Part shown: positions 47,130-55,796 of the stretch, piece by piece
How the letters are laid out: the number at the start of each line of letters is the position of its first letter
How positions within the stretch are numbered: the first letter of the stretch is position 1
Origin: Thermoproteota archaeon
GTDB taxonomy: Archaea > Korarchaeota > Korarchaeia > Korarchaeales > Korarchaeaceae
Assembly (NCBI GenBank): GCA_027491915.1
Contig: JAOZGC010000002.1
Span: forward strand, 96,001 to 160,000
Direction: 5' to 3'
DNA: 64,000 bases
Notes under the pieces: model-generated
Databases searched by the model: none
The model's input: only the letters and a program-made list of their open reading frames with translations
Told to the model about the DNA's origin: nothing
Translations under genes and position numbers: made by a program

Positions 47130-48352
47130 CTCTGGCGAGAGGAGCCTGTCGGGTTCACCACGGCGAGTACATCGAGCTCCCTACAAAAAGCTTTTTTCCC
47201 CAACAGGGAGGCGACGCTTGGCCTAGTTCTTCCATCGTCTCCTGATATCAGCTCCTTGACATATAATCCACCGTCACATATTACAATTATTTTAAAAGAT
47301 TTTCCGTCTAATGGCCATGTTTTTACCCGATATACCCTCTTCTCCCTTACCATGTCGGCCCTCCTCTTTAGGACCCTGCGCGGCGTCCTCTGGGATATCA
47401 CCGCGCCGCTGAGGGCCCTCTCAATCAAGGCCAGGTCTCCCAAGTCGTACCCCCCCTCCACCTCAACCCGACACCTGTAGACCTTCTTGCTCTTGGGAGA
47501 CTCTTCTTTTAACCGGATCACGGTCCCCCAATCGCTGTAACTGAGCTCGGACACCTCAATCCTCCCGCCCGCCTTGAGGTTGATCTCCTCTCTGAGCCTC
47601 TCCAAGTCGGCTCTCCTCTTCCTGGGTCTCCTGATCTCAAGGACGAAGGGCCGACCCGTCCCCAGCATCCGCGCGTCGACGTCCTCCCGGCCCGCCCCGT
47701 GCAGCCTGTAGTCTTCTCCCCCGAACGCCTCCACGGCGGGTTCTCCTATCATCTCCTCCACGGACGGATTGTCCGGGTTGGCCTCTCCACCGTATCTCGT
47801 CTGGGGAATGCCCCTGACGAGCTTCTTGTACCTGCCAAATATCAAGACTGGCGCAAACCTAACCGAGACCCTACCAGCCTCGAAATCCAATAGTCCCTCG
47901 GCCTCCGGCCTGTGGGGGTCTATCTCCGTACCGGGAAACTTTTCCACCACGAAGGCGTCCACGTACCTAGATATGGTAACCTTTATCGCCTGAGGAGAGG
48001 AAGGGACCAGAGAGGCCCTCAACTCGTCGAAGTTCTCCTCTACTTCCGGGGGTATCCTCGTCCCAGACTTAAAAGACTTGAACTCGACATCTTCCAGCTC
48101 CCGCGTGAGCTCTTCCAACAACGCGTCCAGTTTTTCCTCAAAGAGACCTCCACACACCGAACAACCTCCGCTCAGGTCGGCCGCCGAATTGGAATCCCGG
48201 ATCTCTCTCAAGATCTCTCCAGCTCTCCCGACGGGATCATCGCCCAACTCTCCCGCCAAGAGGCTCGCAAGGCAGAATCGACATATCGGCCCCCTGGCCA
48301 GCGCCTCGGCCACCAGCCCGCCATTTTCCGCCATAGGGGCACCTTGGGCCAC
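47126..48352 (-). CDS. pus10: tRNA pseudouridine(54/55) synthase Pus10
   Basis: GRYKKLVRGIPQT, HGAGREDVDARMLGTGRPF, QRTP.RV..RR, GGLYVKELISGD.GRT. Confidence 0.94.
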   Translation of the reverse strand: MAQGAPMAENGGLVAEALARGPICRFCLASLLAGELGDDPVGRAGEILREIRDSNSAADLSGGCSVCGGLFEEKLDALLEELTRELEDVEFKSFKSGTRIPPEVEENFDELRASLVPSSPQAIKVTISRYVDAFVVEKFPGTEIDPHRPEAEGLLDFEAGRVSVRFAPVLIFGRYKKLVRGIPQTRYGGEANPDNPSVEEMIGEPAVEAFGGEDYRLHGAGREDVDARMLGTGRPFVLEIRRPRKRRADLERLREEINLKAGGRIEVSELSYSDWGTVIRLKEESPKSKKVYRCRVEVEGGYDLGDLALIERALSGAVISQRTPRRVLKRRADMVREKRVYRVKTWPLDGKSFKIIVICDGGLYVKELISGDDGRTRPSVASLLGKKAFCRELDVLAVVNPTGSSRQR

Positions 48353-48367
48353 GCGGTGAAGTCCGCC

Positions 48368-48769
48368 TCACCTGGTCCTTATCACCTTCTTCTTGCCCAG
48401 CGCGACCCAATACTCCACCTCGACTCCTGGCTCCAGCCTACCGGCGACCTCCGGATCCAGATCGTCAACGCTCACTTCGAATACGTCCTCGTAGTTCTCC
48501 ATGTCCATTATCTGAACGATACCGCCGCTGACTGAGATGACCTGTCCAACCCTCTTGTCTATTATGGGTATCTCGACGTCCGCCCCGGCGGGGAATATCC
48601 TGGACCTCCTGTTCCCGTCGAACAAACCCCTGGCTTCTATCCTCACCTTGGCGGCCCCGTGCTTCCCGGGCTTTGACTTGGAGACGTCCAGGACGACGCA
48701 CGGCTCCCCATCTATCACTATGTAACTTCCTTTCCTCAGATCTCCGGCAGAACCGTGGGTTATCCCCAT
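48368..48769 (-). CDS. eif5a: translation factor aIF-5A
   Basis: KSKPGKHGAAK hypusine motif. Confidence 0.96.
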   Translation of the reverse strand: MGITHGSAGDLRKGSYIVIDGEPCVVLDVSKSKPGKHGAAKVRIEARGLFDGNRRSRIFPAGADVEIPIIDKRVGQVISVSGGIVQIMDMENYEDVFEVSVDDLDPEVAGRLEPGVEVEYWVALGKKKVIRTR

Positions 48770-48808
48770 GAGGTCACCCGGGTAGGAAGCTCATCCAGAT
48801 GCTAATAA

Positions 48809-49243
48809 TCACCTATACGACTTCTGGAAGCGTGCCCTGGCCCTTCTTCCCCCGTACTTCTTTGGCTCCCTCTGTCTCGGGTCGCCAGCCAATATGGTCC
48901 TGTCGTACTCCTTGTACAAGTTCTCCAACTCCTTAGATCCCGTGTAGGCAACCAGCGCCCTGCCTATCGCCATCCTGACGGCGTCAGCCTGCCCCATGAA
49001 TCCTCCTCCCTTGACCCTGACCCAGATGTCGACGCCGCCGATCACGTCCTCTCCGGCTAGCCAGAGAGGTTCTAATATCTTCATTCTAACGAACTCGTTT
49101 GGCGCGTAGACTTCAACGGGTCTTCCGTTGATGAACAACCTACCGCTTCCGGGGGTAAGCCTGGCGAACGCCCTGGCCGTTTTCCTCCTGGCTGATGCGT
49201 ATACGACCCGCCCACCGCGGCTCTCAGAAACCAACACCCTCAC
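48809..49243 (-). CDS. rps9: 30S ribosomal protein S9
   Basis: GGGFMGQADA, DPRQREPKKYGG..ARARFQKSYR. Confidence 0.96.
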   Translation of the reverse strand: MRVLVSESRGGRVVYASARRKTARAFARLTPGSGRLFINGRPVEVYAPNEFVRMKILEPLWLAGEDVIGGVDIWVRVKGGGFMGQADAVRMAIGRALVAYTGSKELENLYKEYDRTILAGDPRQREPKKYGGRRARARFQKSYR

Positions 49244-49697
49244 CTCCTCTCCACCCCATCCTCTCAGCCAGCCAGCCCAGGGTCACGTAATCCCTCCTCT
49301 TCTTGGGTTTGAGGTGTTCTACGGTGTAATCCTTTGGCATCCGGATGGCCCTCTCCAACTCTATCCCCGGAGGGATCCCGATATAGACCCTTATCCTCCG
49401 CATGGCCTCCCTGCCCCTCGGCTTCTTGATGGGAAGCATCCCTCTTATGGTCTTCCACAGGATCCTGTCTGGCACTCGAGGCTGCACCGGTCCCTTCTCG
49501 GGGCTGGGCTTTCCCTGGATGCGCCTCCTCTTGAGGTATTTTTCCAGAATTGACCTCCTATTCCCCGTGATGACTGCCCTCTCCGCCCTTATTATAGTCA
49601 CCCTTTTACCCTCCAAGGCCGCCTTGGCGGCATAGCTGGCCAGCCTACCCAGTATGGCGCCGTCCGCGTCTATGATTAGATCCCGTCCGCCGCCCAA
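49224..49697 (-). CDS. rpl13: 50S ribosomal protein L13
   Basis: IDADGAILGRLAS, IRGMLP. Confidence 0.95.
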   Translation of the reverse strand: MGGGRDLIIDADGAILGRLASYAAKAALEGKRVTIIRAERAVITGNRRSILEKYLKRRRIQGKPSPEKGPVQPRVPDRILWKTIRGMLPIKKPRGREAMRRIRVYIGIPPGIELERAIRMPKDYTVEHLKPKKRRDYVTLGWLAERMGWRGGEGVGF

Positions 49698-49710
49698 GAG
49701 GCATCACCTC

Positions 49711-50073
49711 TCATACCACTATCCGCACTCCTGTCCCCTTGGGGTTCTCTCCGACGGCTTCCACGAGGCTGATGGCCCTACCACCCACCCTTTCTATCTT
49801 CTTCCTGGCGGAGACCGAAAACTTGAGCGCGGCCACCGTGATCGACTTTGTCAAGTCGCCGAACGCCAGTACCTTCCCCGGGACGACCACGAAATCTCCC
49901 TCCGAGGCGAGCCTCTCTATCTTCCCCAGGTTGACCTCTACCCTCCTCCTGGGGGAAGATATCTTATCGGCCACCGCCAGCCACACTCTGGCCTGATTTT
50001 CCCTCCCCGCCTTCTTGAGGGCCCTGTAAGCTATTCTTATCTCCTCACTAGTCGGACCGCTCGGCTTGGGCAA
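49711..50073 (-). CDS. rpl18e: 50S ribosomal protein L18e; start revised to TTG 50073
   Basis: EVNLGKI, VVPGKVL, AALKFS.SA, NPKG. Confidence 0.94.
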   Translation of the reverse strand: MPKPSGPTSEEIRIAYRALKKAGRENQARVWLAVADKISSPRRRVEVNLGKIERLASEGDFVVVPGKVLAFGDLTKSITVAALKFSVSARKKIERVGGRAISLVEAVGENPKGTGVRIVV

Positions 50074-50126
50074 GCCTATCCCGGAGCCGGGCGCGGCGGG
50101 TGATAAATAAACGTGACCACCGAATC

Positions 50127-50215
50127 TGGTGCGGGGGGTGGGATTCGAACCCACGCGGGCCTGCGCCCACTCGGCCCTCAACCGAGCGCCTTGGACCTGG
50201 CTTGGCTACCCCCGC
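50127..50215 (-). tRNA. tRNA-Leu(GAG); CCA encoded
   Basis: GCGGGGG/CCCCCGC-ACCA; CTCGG-TTGAGGG-CCGAG; long variable arm. Confidence 0.95.
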
Positions 50216-50254
50216 AACCTCTGGGTTCGTCTCCCGAAATATAATCTTGTCGAG

Positions 50255-51058
50255 CTATCCCCCGCCCTCCGCATTGGATATTTTCTCCTTCAATGAGTTA
50301 AATTTTTTCAATAATTCGTCCGTCGCTGCCACGAGAATTTCCCCTATTGTCAGGGCTTCGGTAGTCTCAAAGCTCATGATGAACCGACTGCCGTCCCAGT
50401 CCTCCACCTCGACGGATTCAGGATCCCTTCTCCTCTGGACCTCAATGCAGTCCTCCAACCCAGGGCAGTCTAGGTAACTCTCAACGACGTAATCTCCCCC
50501 TTCTTTCCTGAAGGAACCGTCGGGGCACCTCTCGACGTACTTCCTGCAGGCCCTGACGGCCCCTCCCCTCAACCTGTAGATCGGGTAATAGGAGTATCCG
50601 AGCCCGCTGACCGCCTGCCACTTGCTGTGCCACTTGCCTTTTCCCATCCTCACTATGGCCTCCAACTTTATCCTGGCTCCTTTGTGCATCTTCACTATGG
50701 GTATCCTCTCGTTCGCCGGGATCACAACCGGATCTGAGCTGACCAGATCCCCAGAGTAGACGATCTCCCCGTCCTCCTCTGCAACCCTGTCCAGACTAAG
50801 GGTGACCACCTTCCCATCTCCTACGGAATATGATCTAAGATCGGTCCTTATGGGCACCATCGCCAACCTGTGAGCCACGTACTCGTCAAAGTAGTGGGTC
50901 GTGTTGGTGAAGAAGACGACCTCGTCGACGGCCATGACCGGAACCTCGCCGAGGAGGGCCCTCCTAAAGGCGTTTGCGAGCGCCGGATTGGCTTTTTCTA
51001 AAACAAATTTCACGGAAATTGGTGTATGAGATACTATCTTAATCCGCATCCTCACCAC
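50255..51058 (-). CDS. rpoD: RNA polymerase subunit D (Rpo3)
   Basis: ANAFRRALLGEVPVMAVD, AHRLAMVP, VYSGDL, GKWHSKWQ. Confidence 0.95.
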   Translation of the reverse strand: MVRMRIKIVSHTPISVKFVLEKANPALANAFRRALLGEVPVMAVDEVVFFTNTTHYFDEYVAHRLAMVPIRTDLRSYSVGDGKVVTLSLDRVAEEDGEIVYSGDLVSSDPVVIPANERIPIVKMHKGARIKLEAIVRMGKGKWHSKWQAVSGLGYSYYPIYRLRGGAVRACRKYVERCPDGSFRKEGGDYVVESYLDCPGLEDCIEVQRRRDPESVEVEDWDGSRFIMSFETTEALTIGEILVAATDELLKKFNSLKEKISNAEGGG

Positions 51059-51998
51059 CCTTCTCCGACAGCACCCGGGCCCAGGGATTGTCCCGGGCGA
51101 ACTCCTCTATCAACTCGAAGGATATTGAACCTTCCGGGGGCGGGATCACCGCCTCGTCTTCCTCCCCCCTCGAGGTCGCAGTGGTCTCCTCTCCCTCCGT
51201 AGGTCGTCCTCTGGCCCCCGCCACATCACGGACGATAGATCTCCCCGAAATCGGAGCCGTTCCGGCTCTCTCCCTCGGGAGGTTTTGGAAGCCTGCCAGA
51301 TCTGAATTGATCTCTTCCCACAACGGCGGGATGCGGTCGGCGGAGCGGACAGCGATCTCCCTGTCGGCCAGCAACTTGACTATGGTCTCCAATAGATCCA
51401 ACCTCTTCTCCAGAGACCTTAACCTCTCCCGGAAGAGCTCCTCTCGGGCGGCCCCTTCACCCACCTCTCTTCCCCCTCTCGGGGGCACCACCGAGACATC
51501 GGCCTGCCGCGCGTCAAATGGGAGCCCACGATCGGTCCCGCTGGCTCCCGGGACAGGCCTCACACCCGCCCTATCTCCCTGGAGGGACATCCTGTCGAGG
51601 CTGAGCAGTTGTCCCACAACCTCTCCCCTTACGGAGAGTGAAGAGAGACTCCTAAGCTGTATTCTATCGAATATTTGCCGGTAAGCGGGCCTCTCCCTTG
51701 CCTGCGCCTCTATGAACTCTCTTAGCTCCTCGAGCTCCTCCGGCCTGATCCAGACGTGTATGGCAGATAGCTTCAATCCCCTCCCCTTGGCGTCGGAGAG
51801 CAGGGCTGCGAGCCACCGCAGGAACTCCCTCCCGGCGTCCCCGTCGTATATCGCCGACGCCACGTTTATTCTCCTGCCTGCCTTCAGATCCAGACTGAGA
51901 TAGGCCGAGGCCTCGTCCGGACCCGGTTCCAGCACCTCGGCTTCTATACCGCGCTCCCTGTACCAGTGCATCAAGAGGTCCGCGGCCGAAATGGGCAA
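51039..51998 (-). CDS. hypothetical protein (globular N-terminus, coiled coil, disordered linker, C-terminal DNPW helix); candidate arcadin-2-like
   Basis: 319-aa ORF between rps11 and rpoD with its own TATA; ends ELIEEFARDNPWARVLSEKG. Confidence 0.7.
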   Translation of the reverse strand: MPISAADLLMHWYRERGIEAEVLEPGPDEASAYLSLDLKAGRRINVASAIYDGDAGREFLRWLAALLSDAKGRGLKLSAIHVWIRPEELEELREFIEAQARERPAYRQIFDRIQLRSLSSLSVRGEVVGQLLSLDRMSLQGDRAGVRPVPGASGTDRGLPFDARQADVSVVPPRGGREVGEGAAREELFRERLRSLEKRLDLLETIVKLLADREIAVRSADRIPPLWEEINSDLAGFQNLPRERAGTAPISGRSIVRDVAGARGRPTEGEETTATSRGEEDEAVIPPPEGSISFELIEEFARDNPWARVLSEKGGEDAD

Positions 51999-52023
51999 CC
52001 CTAACTCCTTTACCCCCAGACCG

Positions 52024-52033
52024 TTATAATAAA
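52024..52033 (-). promoter_or_regulatory. TATA box for the orphan-rpoD unit
   Basis: TTTATTATAA on the minus strand about 26 nt before TTG 51998. Confidence 0.55.
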
Positions 52034-52037
52034 TGAT

Positions 52038-52436
52038 TCAGACCCTCCTGCCCCTCCTGCCGTGGGGCCTGCGAGTCCCGTCGTGAGGTATCGGCGTGAC
52101 CTCCTCCACCCTTATTATCAGCATGCCGGATCTGGCCAATCCCCTTATTGCCGCCGCGGCGCCCGGCCCAGGTATCCTGCTCTTTATGCCCCCGGGAGCC
52201 CTAACCTTGACTATCAACTGGTTCACCCCCTTGGACAAGGCCTCCTTCGCGGCCGCCATGGCCGCCTTCAGGGCGGCGTAAGGGGATCCCTCGAGTCTGT
52301 CCGCGTCGACGAACATCCCTCCAGATGCCCTGGCTATGGTCTCCCCGCCGGTTACGTCTGTTATGTGGACTATCGTGTCGTTGAACGAGGAGTATATGTG
52401 GGCCACTCCAATCCTACCTTTCTTCGGCTGCGACAT
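52038..52436 (-). CDS. rps11: 30S ribosomal protein S11
   Basis: [36 protein letters not shown]. Confidence 0.97.
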   Translation of the reverse strand: MSQPKKGRIGVAHIYSSFNDTIVHITDVTGGETIARASGGMFVDADRLEGSPYAALKAAMAAAKEALSKGVNQLIVKVRAPGGIKSRIPGPGAAAAIRGLARSGMLIIRVEEVTPIPHDGTRRPHGRRGRRV

Positions 52437-52986
52437 TCTCTATCTCACCTCCCACGACTCCCTCGGGGGTCTCTTGACCGGACTCGGTGGACTCTCCTCC
52501 CTCGGAGAGGCACGAGGGATGGCGACACTCTATCAGATCCTCCTCGTCCGACCTGACAAGATAACCGGGCTGCCTGATCCTCCTCCCGGCCACGTATATG
52601 TGCCCGTGAACCACAAACTGCCTGGCCTGATAGGGCGTCCTCGCGAATCCCTTCTGCCACACCAGGGTCTGGAGTCTCCTCTTCAGGAAGTCTTCGGCCG
52701 TCAGATCGAGGAGGCTGTCGACGGTTGCATCCTCGCCCAGCACCCCGAGCCTCCTGAGCCTCTCCATAACCGGCCTCAGCTTCCTCTCTGCCTCCTCCGG
52801 GCCGACGGCCAGATACTTCCTAACCAGCCGTCTATATCTCTTGGCCAGGTAGGCGGCCCTCCAGAGCTCCCTCTTGTTCCTTATTCCATAAATCCCAGCG
52901 AGCCTGTTGGTCTCTTCGAGCATGAATCTGTCCCATGGTTTGAGAGGTCTCTCATATTTCTTCCTTGGTTTCTTTGGATCTCCCAA
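52414..52986 (-). CDS. rps4: 30S ribosomal protein S4
   Basis: [38 protein letters not shown]. Confidence 0.97.
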   Translation of the reverse strand: MGDPKKPRKKYERPLKPWDRFMLEETNRLAGIYGIRNKRELWRAAYLAKRYRRLVRKYLAVGPEEAERKLRPVMERLRRLGVLGEDATVDSLLDLTAEDFLKRRLQTLVWQKGFARTPYQARQFVVHGHIYVAGRRIRQPGYLVRSDEEDLIECRHPSCLSEGGESTESGQETPEGVVGGEIENVAAEER

Positions 52987-52998
52987 AGATGTCTCACC

Positions 52999-53466
52999 TC
53001 ACTTCTTCTTCTGGTACCCCACGGTCCGGCCCACCCTTCCAGTGGACTTGGTCCTCTGTCCCCTGACCTTCAAGCCGAGGTGATGCCTGATCCCCTTCCA
53101 AGAGCGGATCCTCTTCATCTTGGCTATATCCTGCTTTACCACGAACGCTATGTCGTCTCCCAGGAGGTGCCGCGTCTCTCCCGTCTCCGGATCAAACCTC
53201 CTGTTTTGCATCCAATCTGGGATGCCAAAGTCGGACGGCCTGCTTAGTATCTCCTCTATCCTGCTCACCTCTTCCTCCGTGAGCTCTCCCAGCAGCCTGT
53301 CGCCGGGGATGCCCGCCGCCTTGGTGACCGCCTCGGCCATCCTGAATCCCACCCCCTTTATGTGGGTAAGGGCCACCCTGAGGTGTTTCGTGCCATCCAG
53401 GGAGGTATTGGCGATCCTAACTATCCTCTTCATCTCCCTCTGGGCCAACCGAGCTCTCCCCCTCAC
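52999..53466 (-). CDS. rps13: 30S ribosomal protein S13
   Basis: IVRIANT.LDG, IKGVG, WKGIRH..GLKVRGQRTKSTGR. Confidence 0.97.
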   Translation of the reverse strand: MRGRARLAQREMKRIVRIANTSLDGTKHLRVALTHIKGVGFRMAEAVTKAAGIPGDRLLGELTEEEVSRIEEILSRPSDFGIPDWMQNRRFDPETGETRHLLGDDIAFVVKQDIAKMKRIRSWKGIRHHLGLKVRGQRTKSTGRVGRTVGYQKKK

Positions 53467-53518
53467 AGCGGACCTTCTCCTCTCTCCCCTTATTTAATGG
53501 TTGTCGGTGCCGTCCACG

Positions 53519-53607
53519 TGGCGCCGGGGGTGGGATTCGAACCCACGCGGCCCTCGCGGGCCACGGGCTCTCCAGGCCCGCCCCCTTCCGGGCTAGGGCA
53601 CCCCGGC
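53519..53607 (-). tRNA. tRNA-Ser(GGA); CCA encoded
   Basis: GCCGGGG/CCCCGGC-GCCA; CGGGC-CTGGAGA-GCCCG; long variable arm. Confidence 0.95.
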
Positions 53608-53630
53608 CCAATCGTCGTCCGGATTTCACG

Positions 53631-54663
53631 TTATAAACTCTTTCTCTCCTCCCCCCCAGATCCCTTCGGCCAGACCCTGGGATAGATTCCCCTCTCCATT
53701 ATTATCCTCTCCGGGACCGCGGCCACCCCCCTCTCTAACGTGAGGACTTCCTTCGTTCTCCGGGACGCCCTGGCCGTCCCTATCACCTCTCCCTTGAGGG
53801 TTTTCAGGAGGACCCTCTGGCCGGGCGAGATCCCAGGACTGAGCATCGCCACTCCCCTAACCTTGAGGCTTGCCCCGTGGACCACGCTCTCGACTGCGGT
53901 ATCCTTAACCACCATGACCGGGAGATCGGGTAGGACCTCCTCCACCGGCCTGACCACCTTCCTCAGGAGATCCTCGTTACCATCCTCCCTCCAGATCCTG
54001 ACCGCCCTGCGCAGATCCTGCAGCGTAACGAGCTCCTTCTCCCCTATATCACCGACCCTCACCCGCCTGAGCTCCCTCATGCTACCTCCTACACCCATCA
54101 CTTCCCCTATGTCGTAGAACAGCTTTCTGATGTATGTTCCAGCCTCGACCTCGGCTCTTATCAGAAAGTATCTTCCGTCTATTTCATCCAACACCTCCAT
54201 AGAGAAGATCCTACGGACCCTGAGCCTCCTCGAGACCGCAGACTTCACTGGGGGTCTCTGATATATCGGGCCGATGAATTCCGAGAGGATGCGCCTTAGA
54301 TCGGAGACGTCCACCCTATCATGGAGGTAGAGAACTCCGACGTACTCCTTGCTTTCTCCCGCCACAAGATCGGCCAGTCGGGTCGCTCTTCCCAGAAGTA
54401 TCGGGAGGACTCCGGTCACCTTGGGATTTCCCCGGCGAGATCCCTAGGGTCCCGCAGTGACCCATTCGATCGATCCCCAGGATCCTCCCGACCCACCTGG
54501 TCACGGTGTGGGAAGTGGGCCCCCTGGGCTTGTCCAGCTTCACCACCCCGTACCTCAGTAGGAGGTCGGGCGGACGCTCGCCAGGGGGAAAGCCGTGGGG
54601 ACCCGGCTCGGCCTCCTCCCTGACGACCAAATCTCTGGGGAGCCAAGGATCGCCTCCCTTCAT
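53631..54663 (-). CDS. cbf5: H/ACA pseudouridine synthase Cbf5, two exons: 54663-54444 joined to 54427-53631 (338 aa)
   Basis: Exon 1 DKPRGPTSH...GHCGTL; exon 2 DPKVTGVLP...KEYV...YQRPP..GTYIRK, PUA domain; removing 16 nt restores GTLDPKVTG. Confidence 0.93.
54428..54443 (-). other. 16-nt bulge-helix-bulge mRNA intron in cbf5 (GGATCTCGCCGGGGAA)
   Basis: GGGA:TCCC outer helix, CCCT:GGGG central helix, bulges AG|G and AA|A. Confidence 0.9.
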
Positions 54664-54947
54664 CAAATCTTCCCTCGCCCCGTTCCCTTAGAGAACTCTT
54701 CCAACAGATTCGCCTCGCGCAGGGCCTCCCTCACACTCTCGTCGTCGGCCCCCTCATCTATCTCCACCTTCTGCGGCAGCGGAACCAGGTGCCTGACGTT
54801 GACCTTCCGCCTCCTGACGCCTGATACGTCCTTCGGACCGGTCACCTCAACGAATTTTTCGTCCAGCACCCTGACTACCACGCACCTCCGGCCAGCGTCC
54901 CTCCCGGCTATCTTGACGCACACCCGGCCGATCTCCATTACCCCCAC
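54663..54947 (-). CDS. rpl14e: 50S ribosomal protein L14e; start revised (GTG 54947 or ATG 54938)
   Basis: EIGRVCVKIAGRDAG, VTGPK.VSGVRRRKVN. Confidence 0.95.
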   Translation of the reverse strand: MGVMEIGRVCVKIAGRDAGRRCVVVRVLDEKFVEVTGPKDVSGVRRRKVNVRHLVPLPQKVEIDEGADDESVREALREANLLEEFSKGTGRGKI

Positions 54948-54961
54948 CGCACATTCCCCCC

Positions 54962-55249
54962 TCAAGACAGCGCGGCGGCGAGGTGGACCTTCCTGGCGCA
55001 CCTGGAGCAGAGGTATCCTCCAAACGGCCTGTTTGGCCTCCTCTCGCTCTTGGCCAGCTTGCGCATCTTGAACTTAGGTCCCGTGGGGGTGCCGGTCAGC
55101 GGCCTGCCGCACAAGGCGCACCTGGCCTTGGAGTGGACTTTGTGCCTGTATTGCACGACGACCCGCCCGCCGGGGGTTCGAACCCGGATAGCCCGCTTCT
55201 TTAGTCTTCTTCCCCTCCCCGGATCCTCCTTCCTCGCCAAACCGCCCAC
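54962..55249 (-). CDS. rpl34e: 50S ribosomal protein L34e
   Basis: RTPGGR, CALCG, RPNRPFGGYLCSRC. Confidence 0.95.
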   Translation of the reverse strand: MGGLARKEDPGRGRRLKKRAIRVRTPGGRVVVQYRHKVHSKARCALCGRPLTGTPTGPKFKMRKLAKSERRPNRPFGGYLCSRCARKVHLAAALS

Positions 55250-55288
55250 CGCCCACCTCGACTCAAGGGGCCTATTTAAGTCTCCCCC

Positions 55289-55783
55289 TCAATCCAGGGA
55301 CGTTCCAGCGATCCTCTGCAGGATCAGGGTGAAGAAATAGGAGGCCATTATGTAGTAGCCCAGGTATCCCACAACGTCCGGGGAGAACACAGTCTTCCTG
55401 ATCATGTCTATCATGGGGATCTCAAAGGGGAGCCTGACGACGGGCACCTCGTAGTAGATGCCCCTCAGCGCCCAGAATATCAGCAGCATCGGTATAGTCG
55501 TGTAGAGAAGCGGCCTGAAGGAGGCCCTGCTTATCTCCATCTGAGCCCGCTGATAGGCTGGCGTCATCTTCTCAACCTTCCTCTCTAATTTCTTATCTCC
55601 GGACAGGAGAGCCTTCCTCTTTAGTTCTGTATACTCCTTGACGATCTGCCTGTTCCTTCTCATCTTCTCGTAGTCTATCAACCTCCTGTTCAGGAGGATG
55701 GTCCCCGCCGAGATCCCCAGCGCCAGGACGGTCAGGAAGAGCACGGAGTATGGCGGGAAGAGGATGGCCCAGGCGAGATTCAA
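55289..55783 (-). CDS. EMC3/TMCO1 (DUF106, Oxa1 superfamily) membrane protein
   Basis: TM - coiled coil - FRPLLYTTIP - YI; canonical position after secY. Confidence 0.87.
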   Translation of the reverse strand: MNLAWAILFPPYSVLFLTVLALGISAGTILLNRRLIDYEKMRRNRQIVKEYTELKRKALLSGDKKLERKVEKMTPAYQRAQMEISRASFRPLLYTTIPMLLIFWALRGIYYEVPVVRLPFEIPMIDMIRKTVFSPDVVGYLGYYIMASYFFTLILQRIAGTSLD

Positions 55784-55796
55784 ATCCTCAACCCCC

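Noticed and set aside
53631-54666. cbf5 as a frameshifted pseudogene or programmed frameshift
   Set aside because: A precise BHB intron restores both the frame and the catalytic Asp
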